Source: the human T2T-CHM13v2.0 reference genome, Homo sapiens
Assembly: GCF_009914755.1 (NCBI RefSeq)
Contig: NC_060925.1
Length of the DNA stretch: 64,000 bases
Strand: one strand, 5' to 3'
The position numbers and the translations under genes were made by a program. A model generated the notes under the pieces. It was not told the origin of the DNA. It worked only from the letters and a program-made list of their open reading frames with translations, and searched no databases. Of the stretch, positions 1-12,594 are shown piece after piece (positions within the stretch are counted from its first letter, which is position 1; the number at the start of each line of letters is the position of its first letter).

Positions 1-679
1 GTAATAACATTTATGTAAAACAATGATAGAGAGAACATTCTAAGAGCAGGTCAATTATTAAAGGATGAGAACTAGATCGACCTCAGACTTCTCAATAGAA
101 CACATAATACAAGAGGCTATCAAGTAATATTTTCAAAATGTGGAACCAAGAATATTAAATAAAACCATTATTTAAATGGGACTATGAGACCTGGAAATAC
201 TTAAAAGATTTATCATGCACAAGCTTCTTGGGAATATTCTTAGAGGAAGTATTTCAAGAAGATGAAAAGTCTAGGAGGACAGTATGAGTGGTGTCACAGA
301 GTATGCAAATAAAGCTTAGCAAATTTTTTACTGTTGATGACATACAGAACTTACAAATAGAACAAACAACAAAAATATATTTTAATAAAAATCTGGAACT
401 AAAATATAGCCTCAAAATATATATATCAATTTATTGCTTCAGCGGTGGGATGGGGTAGAATGAGAGTGAGGTGAAAATACATTAAAGCACTTTTCTTCTT
501 GTTTGCGAGGAAGATGTAGAAATTGAAAAGCTCAGCAAATTTATATGGAAAAACATAAATATGATCTTACAGATACAAAGGAAACTACCAGAAGACAAAA
601 ATATAATGTATAATTTTTAGACCAATAGAAGAAGATTTGATCCACCCAATGGAAAGTAGGAAAAGAGAAAAAAAATAAA

Positions 680-1353
680 ATGTTTAAAAAGTAAGGGAGG
701 ATTCCTGGTCTGGGAAAAAAGGCATGGACCATTTCTCTCTGCTTCTTCCCACTAAATGCAATTCTAAATCCTGAAAATAATGCAAGAGCTAATCAAATGA
801 GAACTCTGAAAGACCGTGAGAGGACAGAAATCTGCCTTGGGACTGCAGGACTAGAGAGAAAACATAGCTTCAGGGCTTCCTACATACCTACTTCATGAAA
901 AAAGATGACCTAGACCTGGATTTCCTGACCTCCAACCAAGCAACCAAAGGCAGCTCAGCTAGGTTTATTCCTGCCCTGGATTTGGAGCCCTGCTAACAAT
1001 AAGCAGCCAGGGGAGAGCTCTCCTTCCCTCCTGGCCTCCAACTCCCTTCCCCTCCCAGAGACACCTGGTTAGCCAGGAGCCCCTGGCAAGAGGGACCCTG
1101 CCACAACAGATGCCCAGCCTGGGAAGTGTTCTCCTCTCCCCTCCCTGCCCCACCAGGGGCAAGGGGAATTCTGCCACAGTAGGTACCCAGCCAGGGAAGT
1201 CTTCTTGTCCTCCAGAGTCTGAGACTTTACACCCGCACCAAGAGACATTCAGTTACCTGACCTGGGGGGAGGCCCCTTCTGCCTTCTGCCCCTTCAGCTA
1301 GCACCATCAGGGACCAGTGGAAGTTCTCCTAGAGCCAGATGAATCAAGCAGAA

Positions 1354-1389
<36 letters not shown>

Positions 1390-2500
1390 AACAACCAACT
1401 CCAAAACAAAACTCGAAGGCAAACAAATGAAAGGAACCACACTGCAATGGCTTCAAAAATAAAAATTCCATTGGAACCACATATAGAAAAGTAGGACGGG
1501 ACCTGCATGATAAAGCTAAACAGAATTCCCTCATAAAATAAAAAAATTAAATGGAACTCAACGTTTTTTAACATAATGACCCACATGCCCAAGATATAAT
1601 TAGGAACCATTCATCATAACAAAAACCAAGGATATCACAGCTTGGATGAGGAAAGAGAATCAACCGATACCAGCGGGGAGATGAATCAGATGTTGGAATT
1701 ATGTGACAAGAATTGTGTATGGTCATCATGAAAATGCTTCATTAAACTATTACAACAAATGAAAAAATTAGAAAAGGTCAGCAAAGATATAGAAATTTTT
1801 TTAAAAACCAAATGTAAATTATAGAACTAAAAATACAAAAACAGAAATAAAAATCTCACTGCATAGGCTCAATTGTAGAGTGAAGGTGATGGAGAATAGA
1901 TTCAGTGAAATTGAGAACAGATTAATAGAATTTACCCAATCTGAACAAGAAACAATGGACTGAAAAAAATGAACAGAGCCTCTGGGCTCTGTGGGACATA
2001 GCAAAAGATCCACCATTTATATCACTGGATTCTAAAAGGAGAAAAGGAGAGTGAGGCTAAAGAATATTTGAAGAAACAATGGCTAAAAGCTCCCCAAATT
2101 TGGTGAAAGCCATAATCCTACAGATTCAAGAAGCTACACAAATCCCCAGGAGAATAAATAAAAATAAATCCACACTAAGACACATAAGAATTGAATTTCT
2201 GAAAACTAAAGACAAGGAAAAATCCTTGAGAACACCCAGAGAGATTTACTACCTATAGGGAAACAAAATTTCAATAACAGTGAATTTATCATCTGAAACT
2301 ATGGAAGCCAGAAAGAAGTGGCACAATTATCAAATGATAATAGAAAAGAACTGTCAACCTACAATCCTACATCCAGCAAAATTATCCTTTAAGAATGAAA
2401 AGGAAATAAATATATTCCCAGATGAAGAAAACTACCGTGTATTTGTTGTTAGCAGATTAAAGATTAGCTAGATGAAATTCTCTGGGAGGTACAGAAAGGA
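680..2500 (+). mobile_element. Old L1 (L1M-type) 5' region and degenerate ORF1
   Basis: ORF 2280-2471 (LSSETMEARKKW...KNCQPTILHPAKLSFKNEKEI) resembles the L1 ORF1p C-terminal domain. A-rich sense strand. Boundaries approximate. Confidence 0.8.
1356..1390. repeat. (AAC)n microsatellite
   Basis: About 11 AAC units, read directly. Confidence 0.95.
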
Positions 2501-2619
2501 ATATAGAATAAAAAGAGTAGAAACACAGTAGAATATCCTTTACCTCATGTGTTTTATGTATTGTATTATGGTGATTGAGACAAAAATTTTAATGTCATCT
2601 GATACTTAAGACAATAGTA

Positions 2620-2918
2620 TTTTATTTTATTTTATTTTTGAGATAGAGTCTCACTCTCACCCAGGCTGGAGTGCAGTGGCGTGATCTTGGTTCACCGCAA
2701 CCTCCAATTCCCAGGTTCAAGTGATTCCCCTGTCTCAGCCTCCTGAGTAGCTGGAACTACAAGCATGTGCCACTGTGTCCAGCTAATTTTTGCATTTTTA
2801 GTAGAGATGGGGTTTCACCATATTGGTCAGGCTGGTCTCCAACTCCTGACCTCAGGTGATCCACCTGCCTCACCCTCCCAAAGTGCTGGGATTACACACG
2901 TGAGCCACCACACCAGGC
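2620..2918 (-). mobile_element. Alu (S-like) inserted into L1
   Basis: Poly-T head, reverse-complement Alu body, degenerate TSD caatagtatttta / caataatatttta. Confidence 0.93.
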
Positions 2919-3119
2919 AATAATATTTTAAAGTGCAGAAGGTAGAGATTGAAATGGAAGGGAGGTTTATTTGCATACTTAAAGTAGTAAAATATTGGTG
3001 CCAGTTGATGGTGATGCCACCAGCATATTGTAATACACAGAGCAATTATTATGCAAAATATACAAAGAGATATAATCCAACATATTATAAATAAATTGAG
3101 ATGAAACCCTAAAAATAGG

Positions 3120-4134
3120 TCCATAAAAATATGCTCAAATGATTTTTGGCGAAGGTATAAAAGTAATTCAGTGAAGGAACAATAGAATTTTTAACAAATG
3201 GAGCTGGAGCTATTGAACATTCATAGGGAAAAAGATGAACTCAAACTAAGTCTCATACTTCATGCAAAAATTAACTTAAAATGGATCAAGGACCTAATTG
3301 TAAAATATAAAACTATAAAACTTTTAGGAAAAAAAAAGGAGTCAGTCTTTGAGACCTAAGGCAAGGCAAAGATTTCCAAGACTCGACATTAGAAGCACAA
3401 TCAAGTAAAAGGAAACATTGATAAACTGAACCTCTTTGAAGTAAAACCTTTTGCTCTGTAAAGATTCATGTGAAGAAGATGAAAAGACAAACTAGTGACT
3501 GGGAGACATGTTTGTAACCATATATATCTGACAAAGTATTAGTATGTACAATGTACAAAGTCTCAAAACCCAACACTAAAAAATATTGAGTAGAAAAGAA
3601 GCAAAAGACATAAAATACACCTCACTGAAGAGGCTATATGGATGGCAAAGAAGCACGTGAAAAGATAGTCAACATCATTAGAAATGAGGGTAATGGAAAT
3701 TGAAGCTGCAATGAGATAACATTACACACCTCTCAGAATGGCAAAAACAAAAAAAAATTATAACACCAAATATTGGTGAGGATGCAGAGAAACAAGATCA
3801 CTCATGCATTTTTGATAAGAATGCAAATGGTTGGCCACTCTGAAAAACAGTTTGGCAGTTTCTTATAAAACTAAACATGTAACTATGATACAACCCAGCA
3901 ATTGTGCTGTTGGACAATCATTTCAGAAAAATGAAAATTTAATTTCACACAAACACCTATGCACAGATGTTCATAGCATCTTTTATTCATAATATCCCCA
4001 CACTAGGAGTATCCGAGATGTCTTTCTGTGGGTGAATGGTTAAACACACTGTGGTACATACCTAGCATGGAATACTACTCAGCAGTTGAAAAGGAATAAA
4101 CAATTGATACACGAATCTCCAGGGAATTATGCTG

Positions 4135-4184
<50 letters not shown>

Positions 4185-4625
4185 CCAATCCCTTAAGGTA
4201 TCTACTTTATGATTCTGTTTATACAACGTTTTTGAAATGACAACATTTTAAAAAGTAGTAACAGACTTAGTGGTCTCCAGGGACTAGAGAGGGGGAGGCA
4301 TGGGACGTAGGCAGGTGTGGTTATAAAAGAGAACATGGAGATTCATGTGATAATTGAATTGTTCTGTATCTTGAATGTGGTAAGGGGTACCTGAACTTAC
4401 ATAAGTGATAAAATCACATAAAACTATGAAAACACACACACAAGGGGAACTCTGACGAAGATCAGTGGATTTTATCAATGTCAATACTCTGGCATGATAT
4501 TGCACTACTGTTTTGCAAAGTGTTACCATTATGAAGAACTGGGTAAAGGTACATGAGATCTCTCTATACTCTTTCTTACAATTGTATGTGAATTTAATAA
4601 AAAGAAAAAGAAAAATAGAAAAAAA
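3120..4625 (+). mobile_element. L1 (L1MC-like) ORF2 3' end and 3'UTR with A-rich tail
   Basis: Typical L1 3' motifs (aaaattaacttaaaatggatc, tggtgaggatgcagagaaac, gtggtacatac) and a poly-A-like end at ~4595-4625. Confidence 0.85.
4137..4180. repeat. (CA)n microsatellite
   Basis: About 22 CA units. Confidence 0.97.
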
Positions 4626-4789
4626 GAAGGGAATTTTTTTAATTGAAAGACTTGGCTAAAATCAATGAGAAAACACCAATAATTACACAGTAATGAGAGT
4701 ACATGGGTTAAAACCAGCAATCCAAAGATAAAATCTTAGAATGGGTTTTATACAATTCAGCAAATGTTTTATGTTGGAGTCATTTTAAA

Positions 4790-6300
4790 AATATGCAAAT
4801 AAACTGAAAACATAGAATGGTAAAAAGATAAGCTGGGTAAATTTGAATTAAAAGAGTGTTGGAATAACAATTTTAGTATCAGACAATTTAGGCTTTAAGG
4901 CTAAAATATCATCAACAATGAAAATTGTCACATACAGAAAAGAAGCAGTTAGAAAATTTAATGATTGGAACCCCTAGGTATCTAACATCATAATCTGAGA
5001 CTCATAAAACAACCAATAAAACTATGGGAGGAAATAGAAGAATCAAGAATTATAGTTGGAAATTTAAAACACTCATTTCAGAAACTCATAGATGAAGCAA
5101 ACAACAAGAAAAACAAATATATAAAGATTTTAATAACATAATATGCCTTCACTTTCCATTCAGTGAACACAATGCTCATTCTTTTTGGACATATATGGAA
5201 AATTTACAAAAATCAATGAAGTACTAGGTGATAGGAGAACCCTCAGATAATTTTATAGAGTTAATTCTCAACCAGTATGCAATAAAATTAGATATTAATC
5301 TAACAAAAAGGGAGGTGAAAAAAATTTATTCTATTTAGAAACGAAAAAACATATCACTATACAGCCCTTGAATTAACAAGGGAACCATTAGGAAAGATAA
5401 TGAAAAGGCTGTCTGTCAAATCTGCTGGACAACAATGCTGTAAATTCTAAAAATATATATAATGCAATTACAGAAAAATATTTCAAATTGATAGATTTTG
5501 TGATAGGCCCACAAGTGTTTGTTAAATTATTTTCCATATTTTTCTGTATATTTAAAATATTTAATAATTAAAAATTTAAATAAACATATATTGGACATGG
5601 TTAAAATATTACTCAGACAAAAATTAAGAGCTTTAAATATGCTTATTATAACATTAAAATTTCAAAAGAGGAAAATATGAAAAAGAAAACAAATGAGTTA
5701 AGTGTTTACAGAAGCTAATAAAAAGTAAGATAATAAATCCAAAGAAATGGGGAAAATGGAAATATAAGATAAGAACAAATCAATGAAATAGTGAACAAAG
5801 ATCAATATGAAGATTAACAAAGGAAAAATTAGTTCTTTGAAAGGAGTAATAAGATAGCAAACCTTTGATAAGACTGAATAAGATAAATCAGAAAAAGAAT
5901 AAGTAAAACACATACTGAAAAGGAGATCTACGAACAAGTAATTTTTTAAATACTTTTTAAAAATATGAACAAACATGTAACAATACATTTGAAATTCATT
6001 AAAAAAGGATTAATTTATATAAAGGATATAAAATATTAAAATGGCAGAAGAATAAATGGAAAACTTGAATAGAATGTAAAAGTTAAAGATACTGAAGTGG
6101 TAATAAAATGTCTCCTTCAACAAAACCCTTGGGAAAATGATAGGGAACCCGAGAAAGAAGCAAATAGGCAATGAATATGAAAAGATAATTCACAGAATAG
6201 TGGAGAAATACAACTTCAAACGAGATCCCACCTTTTACCTATTAGATTGGCTAAAATTAGGAAAATGAAAAATACCAAAGTGCCCCCAACTGAGGACTGT
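4790..6300 (+). mobile_element. Highly decayed L1 ORF2 fragments
   Basis: A-rich sequence with L1 endonuclease-region motifs. Boundaries approximate. Confidence 0.6.
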
Positions 6301-6367
6301 TGTTTCTAGTATGGACCAGACCCCATTCCTGCACTCCTGCTCCAGTGCATCGCTCAGAAAATCTATT

Positions 6368-6650
6368 CCCTCCCTCCCTCGCTCCATCTCTCCCTCCCTC
6401 CCTCCCTGCCTCCCTCCCTCCCTCCCTTCCTTCCTTCCTTCCTTCTTTCCTTCCTTCCTTCTTCCCTTCCTTCCATCCTTCTTCCTTTCCTTCCTTCCTT
6501 CCTTCCTTCTTCCCTTCCTTCCATCCTTCTTCTCTTCTTTCCTTCCTTCCTTCCCTCTCTCCCTCCCTCACTCCCTCCCTCCATCCTTCCTTCCTTCCTT
6601 CCCTCTCTCCCTCCCTCCCTCCCTCCTCCCTTCCTCCTTTCCTCCTTTTC
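6368..6650. repeat. (CCTT/CCCT)n polypyrimidine tract
   Basis: About 280 nt of nearly pure C/T, read directly. Confidence 0.97.
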
Positions 6651-6829
6651 TTATTATATTTTCTTTCTCTTTTTGTTATTTTATATTGGCATAGACATAA
6701 AATACATACATCATGAATGTACTGCTTGATGATTTTTCACTCATGGAATCCTCACCATCAAGAAATAAAATACTTCTTGTACACAAGAAGTCCCATTATG
6801 CCTCTCACATTATGAGCCACCATGCCTAG

Positions 6830-7440
6830 CCTATTTTACTTTTATTTTTGAAGAAAATTCAAATAATTGCATAGTTCTAGATTGCCAGTTAATTTCTTTC
6901 AGCATTTTAAAGATGTTTTATTGTCTCCTAGCTTTCACCACTTCTGTCATCCATATTTTTGTTCCTTTGAAGTTAATGTGCCTTTCTTTTCTCTCACTGC
7001 TTTTAAGAGTTTTGTTCTGTCTTTGATTTTAGAAGTTTCATTATGATGGGCCTAGGTATGTGTTTTCTTTGATCTTTTCCTATTTTGAGTTGTAGTGTTT
7101 CCTAAATGTGTGGTTTGATGTTCTTTGTCAATACATGATATTCTTAGCTGATAATCTCTTCTAATATTACTTCTGCCTAATTCCTTCTTTATCCTTCCGA
7201 TCTCATCATTTATGGACATGGGCTTTGAGAGAATGTTAATTAATATGTCCAAAAAAATAGGGAACATGATGGAGAATTTTGACAGAGAACTGGAATATAT
7301 AAAAGAAAATCAAATTAAAAGTATCTGAAACTTAGAACACAATAGTGGATTGAACAGCAGATTCGAGACAGTAGAAGGAAGGGTTATTAAATGGAAGATA
7401 GGTCTGTAGAAAATATCTAGCATGAAGCTGTCTGGATGGG
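6830..7440. mobile_element. Two abutting L1 fragments in opposite orientation (minus ~6830-7200, plus ~7230-7440)
   Basis: T-rich L1-like segment switching abruptly to an A-rich L1 ORF1-like segment. Confidence 0.5.
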
Positions 7441-7739
7441 AGAAAATATATATTTTCATTGAAAATTCCTGATTTTTGGTTTTCCAAAAAAAAGTCAAAA
7501 TTTTGTCAACATTGAATTTACATTCCTCATAGTTTCAGTGTGCCTGAGCTGATGAGTTGTTGATGTGCTCCATATACAGGGATATGTACTCCCAACTAGC
7601 CACAGTCACTCCTTTCTATTATCTTCTACCACTGAGGCTGAATATTAGTTGTCATGGTTTATATCATCCCTTCCCTGCTCCACACATTTACATTGCGTGC
7701 TGGGCATGCTATATATTTGAGTTCATGATCCATGTTGAA

Positions 7740-9323
7740 GATGCCATAAAGACCCAAAAATGTGAAAGAGACTTGGAACCGGGTAACAGGCAGAGGTTGG
7801 AACTGTTTGGAGGGCTCAGAAGAAGACAGGAAGATGTGGGAAAGTTTGTAACTTCCTAGAGACTTGTTGAATGGCTTTGACCAAAATGCTGATAGTGATA
7901 TGGATAATGAAGTCCAGGCTGAGGTGGTATCAGATGGAGATGAGGAACTTGTTGGGAACTGGAGCAAAGGGGACTCTTGTTATGTTTTAGCAAAGAGATG
8001 GGCAGCATTTTGCCCCAGCCCTAGAGATCTCGGGAACTTTGAACTTGAGAGAGGTGATTTAGGGTATCTAGTGGAAGAAATGTCTAAGCAGCAAAGCATT
8101 CAAGACGAGACTTGGGTGCTCTTAAAGCAGTGCATTTTTATGCATTCATGAAGAGATGATGTGTAATTGGAACTTATGTTTAAAAGGGAAGCAGGGCATA
8201 AAATTTTAGAAAATTCACAGCCTGATGATACAGTAGAAAAGAAAATTCCATTTTCTGAGGAGAAATTCAAGCTGGCTGCAGAAATTTGCATAAGTAACAA
8301 GCAACCAAATGTTAATCCCCAAGACAATGGAGAAAATGTCTCTAGGGCATGTCAGAGGTCTTCATGGCAGCCCCTCCCATTACAGGCCTGGAGACCTAGG
8401 AGGAAAATATGGTTTTGTAGGCTGTGCCCAGGGCCTTGCAGCTTTGTGCAGTCTCAGGACTTGGTGCCCTCTGTCCCACACATGGCTAAAAGGGGCCAAC
8501 GTACAGCTCAGCCTGTTGCTTCAGAGGGTCCAAGCCCCAAGCCTTGGAGGCTTACATGTGGTGTTGGACCTGTGAGTGCACAGAAGTCAAGAATTGAGGT
8601 TTGGGAACCTCTGCCTAGATTTCAGAGGATGTATGGAAACGCCTGGATTTCCAGGCAGAAGTTTGCTGCAGGGGTGGAGCACTCATGGAGAACCTCTGCT
8701 AGAGCAGTGTGGAAGGGAAATGTGGGGTCAGAGCCCCCACACTGAGTCCCCACTGGGGCACTGCCTAGTGGAGCTGTGAGAAGAGGGCCACCAACCTTCA
8801 GACCCCAGAATGGTAGATCCACTGATAGCTTGCACCATGCACCTGGAAAAGCTGCAGACACTCAGTGCTAGCCCGTGAAAGCAGCCAGGAGGGGGACTGT
8901 ACCCTGCAAAGCCATAGGGGTGGAGCTGTCCAAGACCATAGGAACCCATCTCTTGCATCAGCATGACCTGGTTCTGAGACATGGAGTCAAAGGAGATCAT
9001 TTCAGATCTTTAAGATTTGACTGCCCAGCTGGAATTTGGAGTTGCGTGGGGCCTGTAGCCCCTTTGTTTTGGCCAGTTTCTCCCATTTGGGATGGAGCAT
9101 TTATCCAATGCCTGTACCCCTAATGTATCTTGGAAGTAACTAACTTGCTTTTGATTTTACAGGCTCCTAGGTGGAAGAGACTTACTTTGTCTCAGATTAG
9201 ATTTTGGACTTGGAATTTTGGGCTAATGCTGGAATGGATTAAAACTTTGGGGTACTGTTGGAAAAGCATGATTGGTTTTGAAATTTGAAAGGGACTTGAG
9301 ATTTGAGAGGGGCTGGGGTGAAA
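7740..9323 (+). mobile_element. THE1/MST (ERVL-MaLR) internal sequence, 5' LTR missing
   Basis: Matches MaLR-int motifs (ggaactgtttggagggctcagaagaagacagg, ttgaccaaaatgctgatagtgatatgga). Broken ORFs at 7864-8745; polypurine tract before the LTR. Confidence 0.9.
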
Positions 9324-9699
9324 TGATATGGTTAGGCTTTGTGTCCCCACCCAAATTTCATCTTGAATTGTAATCCCCATAATCCCCAAATGTTAAGGGA
9401 GAGACCAGGTGTAGGTAATTGAATCATGGGGGCAGTTTCCCCAGTGCTGTTCCCAGGATAGTGAGTTCTCATGAGATCTGGTGGCTTTATAAAGGGCTCT
9501 TTCCCCCTGCGTTCTGCACTTCTCCTTCCTGCCACCATGTGAAGAAGGTGCCTTGCTTCCCCTTCACCTTCTGCCATGATTGTCAGTTTCTTGAGGCCTC
9601 CCCAGCCACACTGAACTGTGAGTCAATTAAACCTCTTTCCTTTGTAAATTAACGAGTCTTGGGCAGTTCTTTTTAGCAGAATGAAAACAGACTAATACA
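9324..9699 (+). mobile_element. THE1 (D-like) 3' LTR
   Basis: TGATATGG...ACTAATACA termini, TATA-like tttataaa near 9487, ATTAAA 9626-9631. Confidence 0.92.
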
Positions 9700-10326
9700 A
9701 TAGAGTCTAGCAATAGAGTGGAGAACAACATAGTTACAAGCTCTGCCCTCAGGGAAAAGAAAACAATAATCACATAAATAATTAGAATTGTCATAAATAC
9801 TCTGAAATAAAAGTAAAAAATGCTAAGAGATCCATCATATTTTCCAGTTGGAAGGCAGGGAATGTTTCTCCCAAAAAGGTTATTTAAGCCGAGTTCTGAA
9901 GATAATATGATTTAGTCAGATGAAGGCCTGGTTATATGTGTGTTGATGGAGAATGGACAGAGAGAGTTGATCTAGCCTGGAAGAGTTGGACAGGTCTGAG
10001 GATTCAAAGCAAGTCAGTAGGGCTGGTAACACATATATGAGCAGAAACTGTGTTGTATTGGGCTGCTGAGTCTGGAAAAATACATAGGATTTTGGATGCC
10101 TTTGCAGACCAAGCAGCTAAGGACCAGCACATTTCATGGTGACTTGATGGTGTGCAAATTTGGTCCCTCTGATGAATCTTCTAGTTGAAATAATTTATCA
10201 CTGTGAAATTAAGTCATCAAGTATAAGATGACCAGCTGACTTTTAGCCAGGTAGACAAGCTATCGACTTGGTATGATGAAACATCACTGAGTTCATTTTT
10301 ATGCCTTTGTTTCCTCTCTGTCTCAG

Positions 10327-10591
10327 CTGCAAGTGTCCACTGCTTGGGAAAGTGTGGGAAGCTGACTTGGAAGCTTGTCGATTGCTTATCCAGAGCCTAC
10401 AGCTCCAGGAAGCCAGGGGAAGCCTGTCTGTAGAAGATGAGAGGCAGATGGATGACTTAGAGGGAGCTGCTCCTCCTATTCCCCCCAGGCTCCACTCCGA
10501 GGATAAAAGGAAGACCCCTTTGAAGGTATTGGAAGAATGGAAGACTCACCTCATCCCCTCTCTGCACTGTGCTGGAGGTGAACAGAAAGAG
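10327..10591 (+). CDS. DISC1: DISC1 coding exon 11 (last base of Ser681 to Glu769)
   Basis: Polypyrimidine tract plus CAG acceptor (tttgtttcctctctgtctcag, AG 10325-10326) and GAG|GTCTGT donor. Translation CKCPLLGKVWEADLEACRLLIQSLQLQEARGS...AGGEQKE matches the DISC1 C-terminal region as I recall it. Ser704 codon AGC at 10394-10396; Ser713 codon at 10421-10423. Confidence 0.97.
10523..10531 (+). promoter_or_regulatory. DISC1: Alternative internal 5' splice site of exon 11 (AAG|GTATTG); use removes 66 nt / 22 aa (Lv isoform)
   Basis: GT at 10526-10527 lies exactly 66 nt upstream of the distal donor and is in frame, matching the established L versus Lv difference. Confidence 0.9.
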
Positions 10592-10859
10592 GTCTGTCCT
10601 TTTCACATGGCCTCCAGAGGGGACCCTTATTCTAAGGGGTGCTTTGGGACCATGCTCCAAATGGGAACAATAAATATTGGGAAGGCTTCCCATTGAGCAT
10701 ATAAACTTTTAAAAGTTTCAATAACTCTTGAATATGATTACAAAATAAAGTAGAATTTTTGTAGAAGTTTGAAATATAGAAGAGCAAAAAAACCCAACTT
10801 TTGGCATATTTAGTTCCATTTTCATTCTAATTTAGTGGCTAGAATTAGAATATGCAGTC

Positions 10860-11045
10860 TAATATAGAATTACCATATATAGCATACATTATATATGTCA
10901 TATATAATATAGTTATTATATTCACTATAGATTATATATGCCATACATGATATTTAACATATATACTATACATTATGTATTGTATGTCATATATGATGTT
11001 TATATATTTAGAATCTATATATTACAATATATTATTATTTATTTG
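10860..11045. repeat. AT-rich low-complexity (TA-rich) tract
   Basis: Degenerate tatat/atata repeats. Confidence 0.8.
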
Positions 11046-12074
11046 AATGAAACATTCAAATATATGTATTTATCCCATTAATTGTTTTTACCAAAACCAG
11101 ATCATAATGAATGTTTATAATGTTCTTCTTTCATAAACACAACTAAAGTTTGGCCTGAGATATATGTATTACAAATTAAAATATGGTTTTATTTAACTTT
11201 CTTTTTCTCTCCCCTCTTTCCTCTCTCCCTTCCCCTTCCACTCCTCACTTTCCTCCTCCCACCCTAACAAGAGTCTTTTCCATAAAAAGGCCCTAGGAAG
11301 TTTTTCCTGATTTCAGTGCCATGACCTGAGTCTTCAGAGCTCTTTGTTGGCCCAGGTTCACAGGTGTTGTGAGTGTGGAAAGGAAATAGCATGGAGAGGC
11401 TGGAGGAACTTGACACATGGCTTTCAAGTCTCATGGTTGATGTTAGATGTTAGCTGTGCTTCCTCCCTGGGTCTTTGCCAGGACTCACCACTGGTGGGTG
11501 GGGAAATTGCCACCTCCCCAGGCCAGCCCTGCCAGTCTCACATCCCATCTGCAGGACCATGGCCTTCAGAGAGCAGACATTTGTGTTCTTAGTCACTGCC
11601 TCTGGACTGCTTAGAAAATCGATCCTTGATCCTATATTTGGATTCCATGGTCTTATAAGAAAGCAACCACTGTCACTCTGCATCCTTGCTGGCCCAGTCA
11701 CAGGCTCTACGTTAATTTATAGACATCTGAACTCGTTTGTTAACCCAGGTGCTACAGGTGGAATCCTCCAGCAAAGCCTGGTCTCCAATGCTCTGGGTAG
11801 AGGTGTTGAAAAGTTACCACCTGCTGCAAGTGGATGGCTTGAAAGAATATTCTGGGGTGGAGGGAAGTGCCACCTAAGCAAGGGTTTATTCCTGGGTGGA
11901 AGAAACTGCAGGCTCTGGGAATGAGTCTTTGAAGGTGTGTCTGGCTTTCCAAAGTGAGCTACCAGGAGGAGCTCGGTGTGGGGCAGTCAGAAGCCATGCC
12001 AGGTATGTGATGGAGTCCCTGGGTCATTGATTCTGCTGGAGGCCAGGACTGATTCAGCAGAGATCCCTTTCTCC

Positions 12075-12594
12075 TGTAGCGGAGAAAAATGAATATCTTT
12101 CCTTTACCCATCTAAAGGTTCTCAGCTGAGGCACCTATACAGACAGAGTAACAAGAGAAAAATGTACAAATGTGCTTAATATAAAATTTACATGACACAG
12201 GAGCCTGCAAAAATGAAGACCCAAAGCAACAGAAACCAGTGTATTTTTATGCTTAAGTTTGAAGAATAGCAGACAGATGTGGAGAAGTATAATTGGACAA
12301 AAGGAGTATGATTTAATGGCAATAAACTGGGGGGAGCTTAGCAAGGCCTGTTTGCTCGGATTCTTCGCTGCATCCCTGTGTCTTCAGAGATAAGGATACT
12401 CCTTTCCTTTGGGTATAGGTTGTACACTTTAAAGATGAGGGTGTTATAATCTACTTTAGAGGAAGGTCAGATAATTATTTATGGCCTGCTTCAGGAAAGA
12501 ATGGCTGCAGAAGGTCAGAGAGACTTTCCTGCTTCTGCTGTTCCTCAAATGCCAAGGTGCCATATTTTGGGGTAGTGTATTCTGAACCCCATCA
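12075..12594 (-). mobile_element. ERV1-class solo LTR (MER34/MER39-like)
   Basis: Minus strand begins TGATGGGGTTCAGAATACACTACCCCAAAATATGGCACCTTGGC and ends ...CA. Confidence 0.75.

Noticed and set aside
6257-6716. Overlapping 73-138 aa ORFs
   Set aside because: Artefacts of the (CCTT)n tract.
7864-9123. ORFs up to 192 aa
   Set aside because: Fragments of the decayed MaLR internal ORF, interrupted by stops and frameshifts. Not a host gene.
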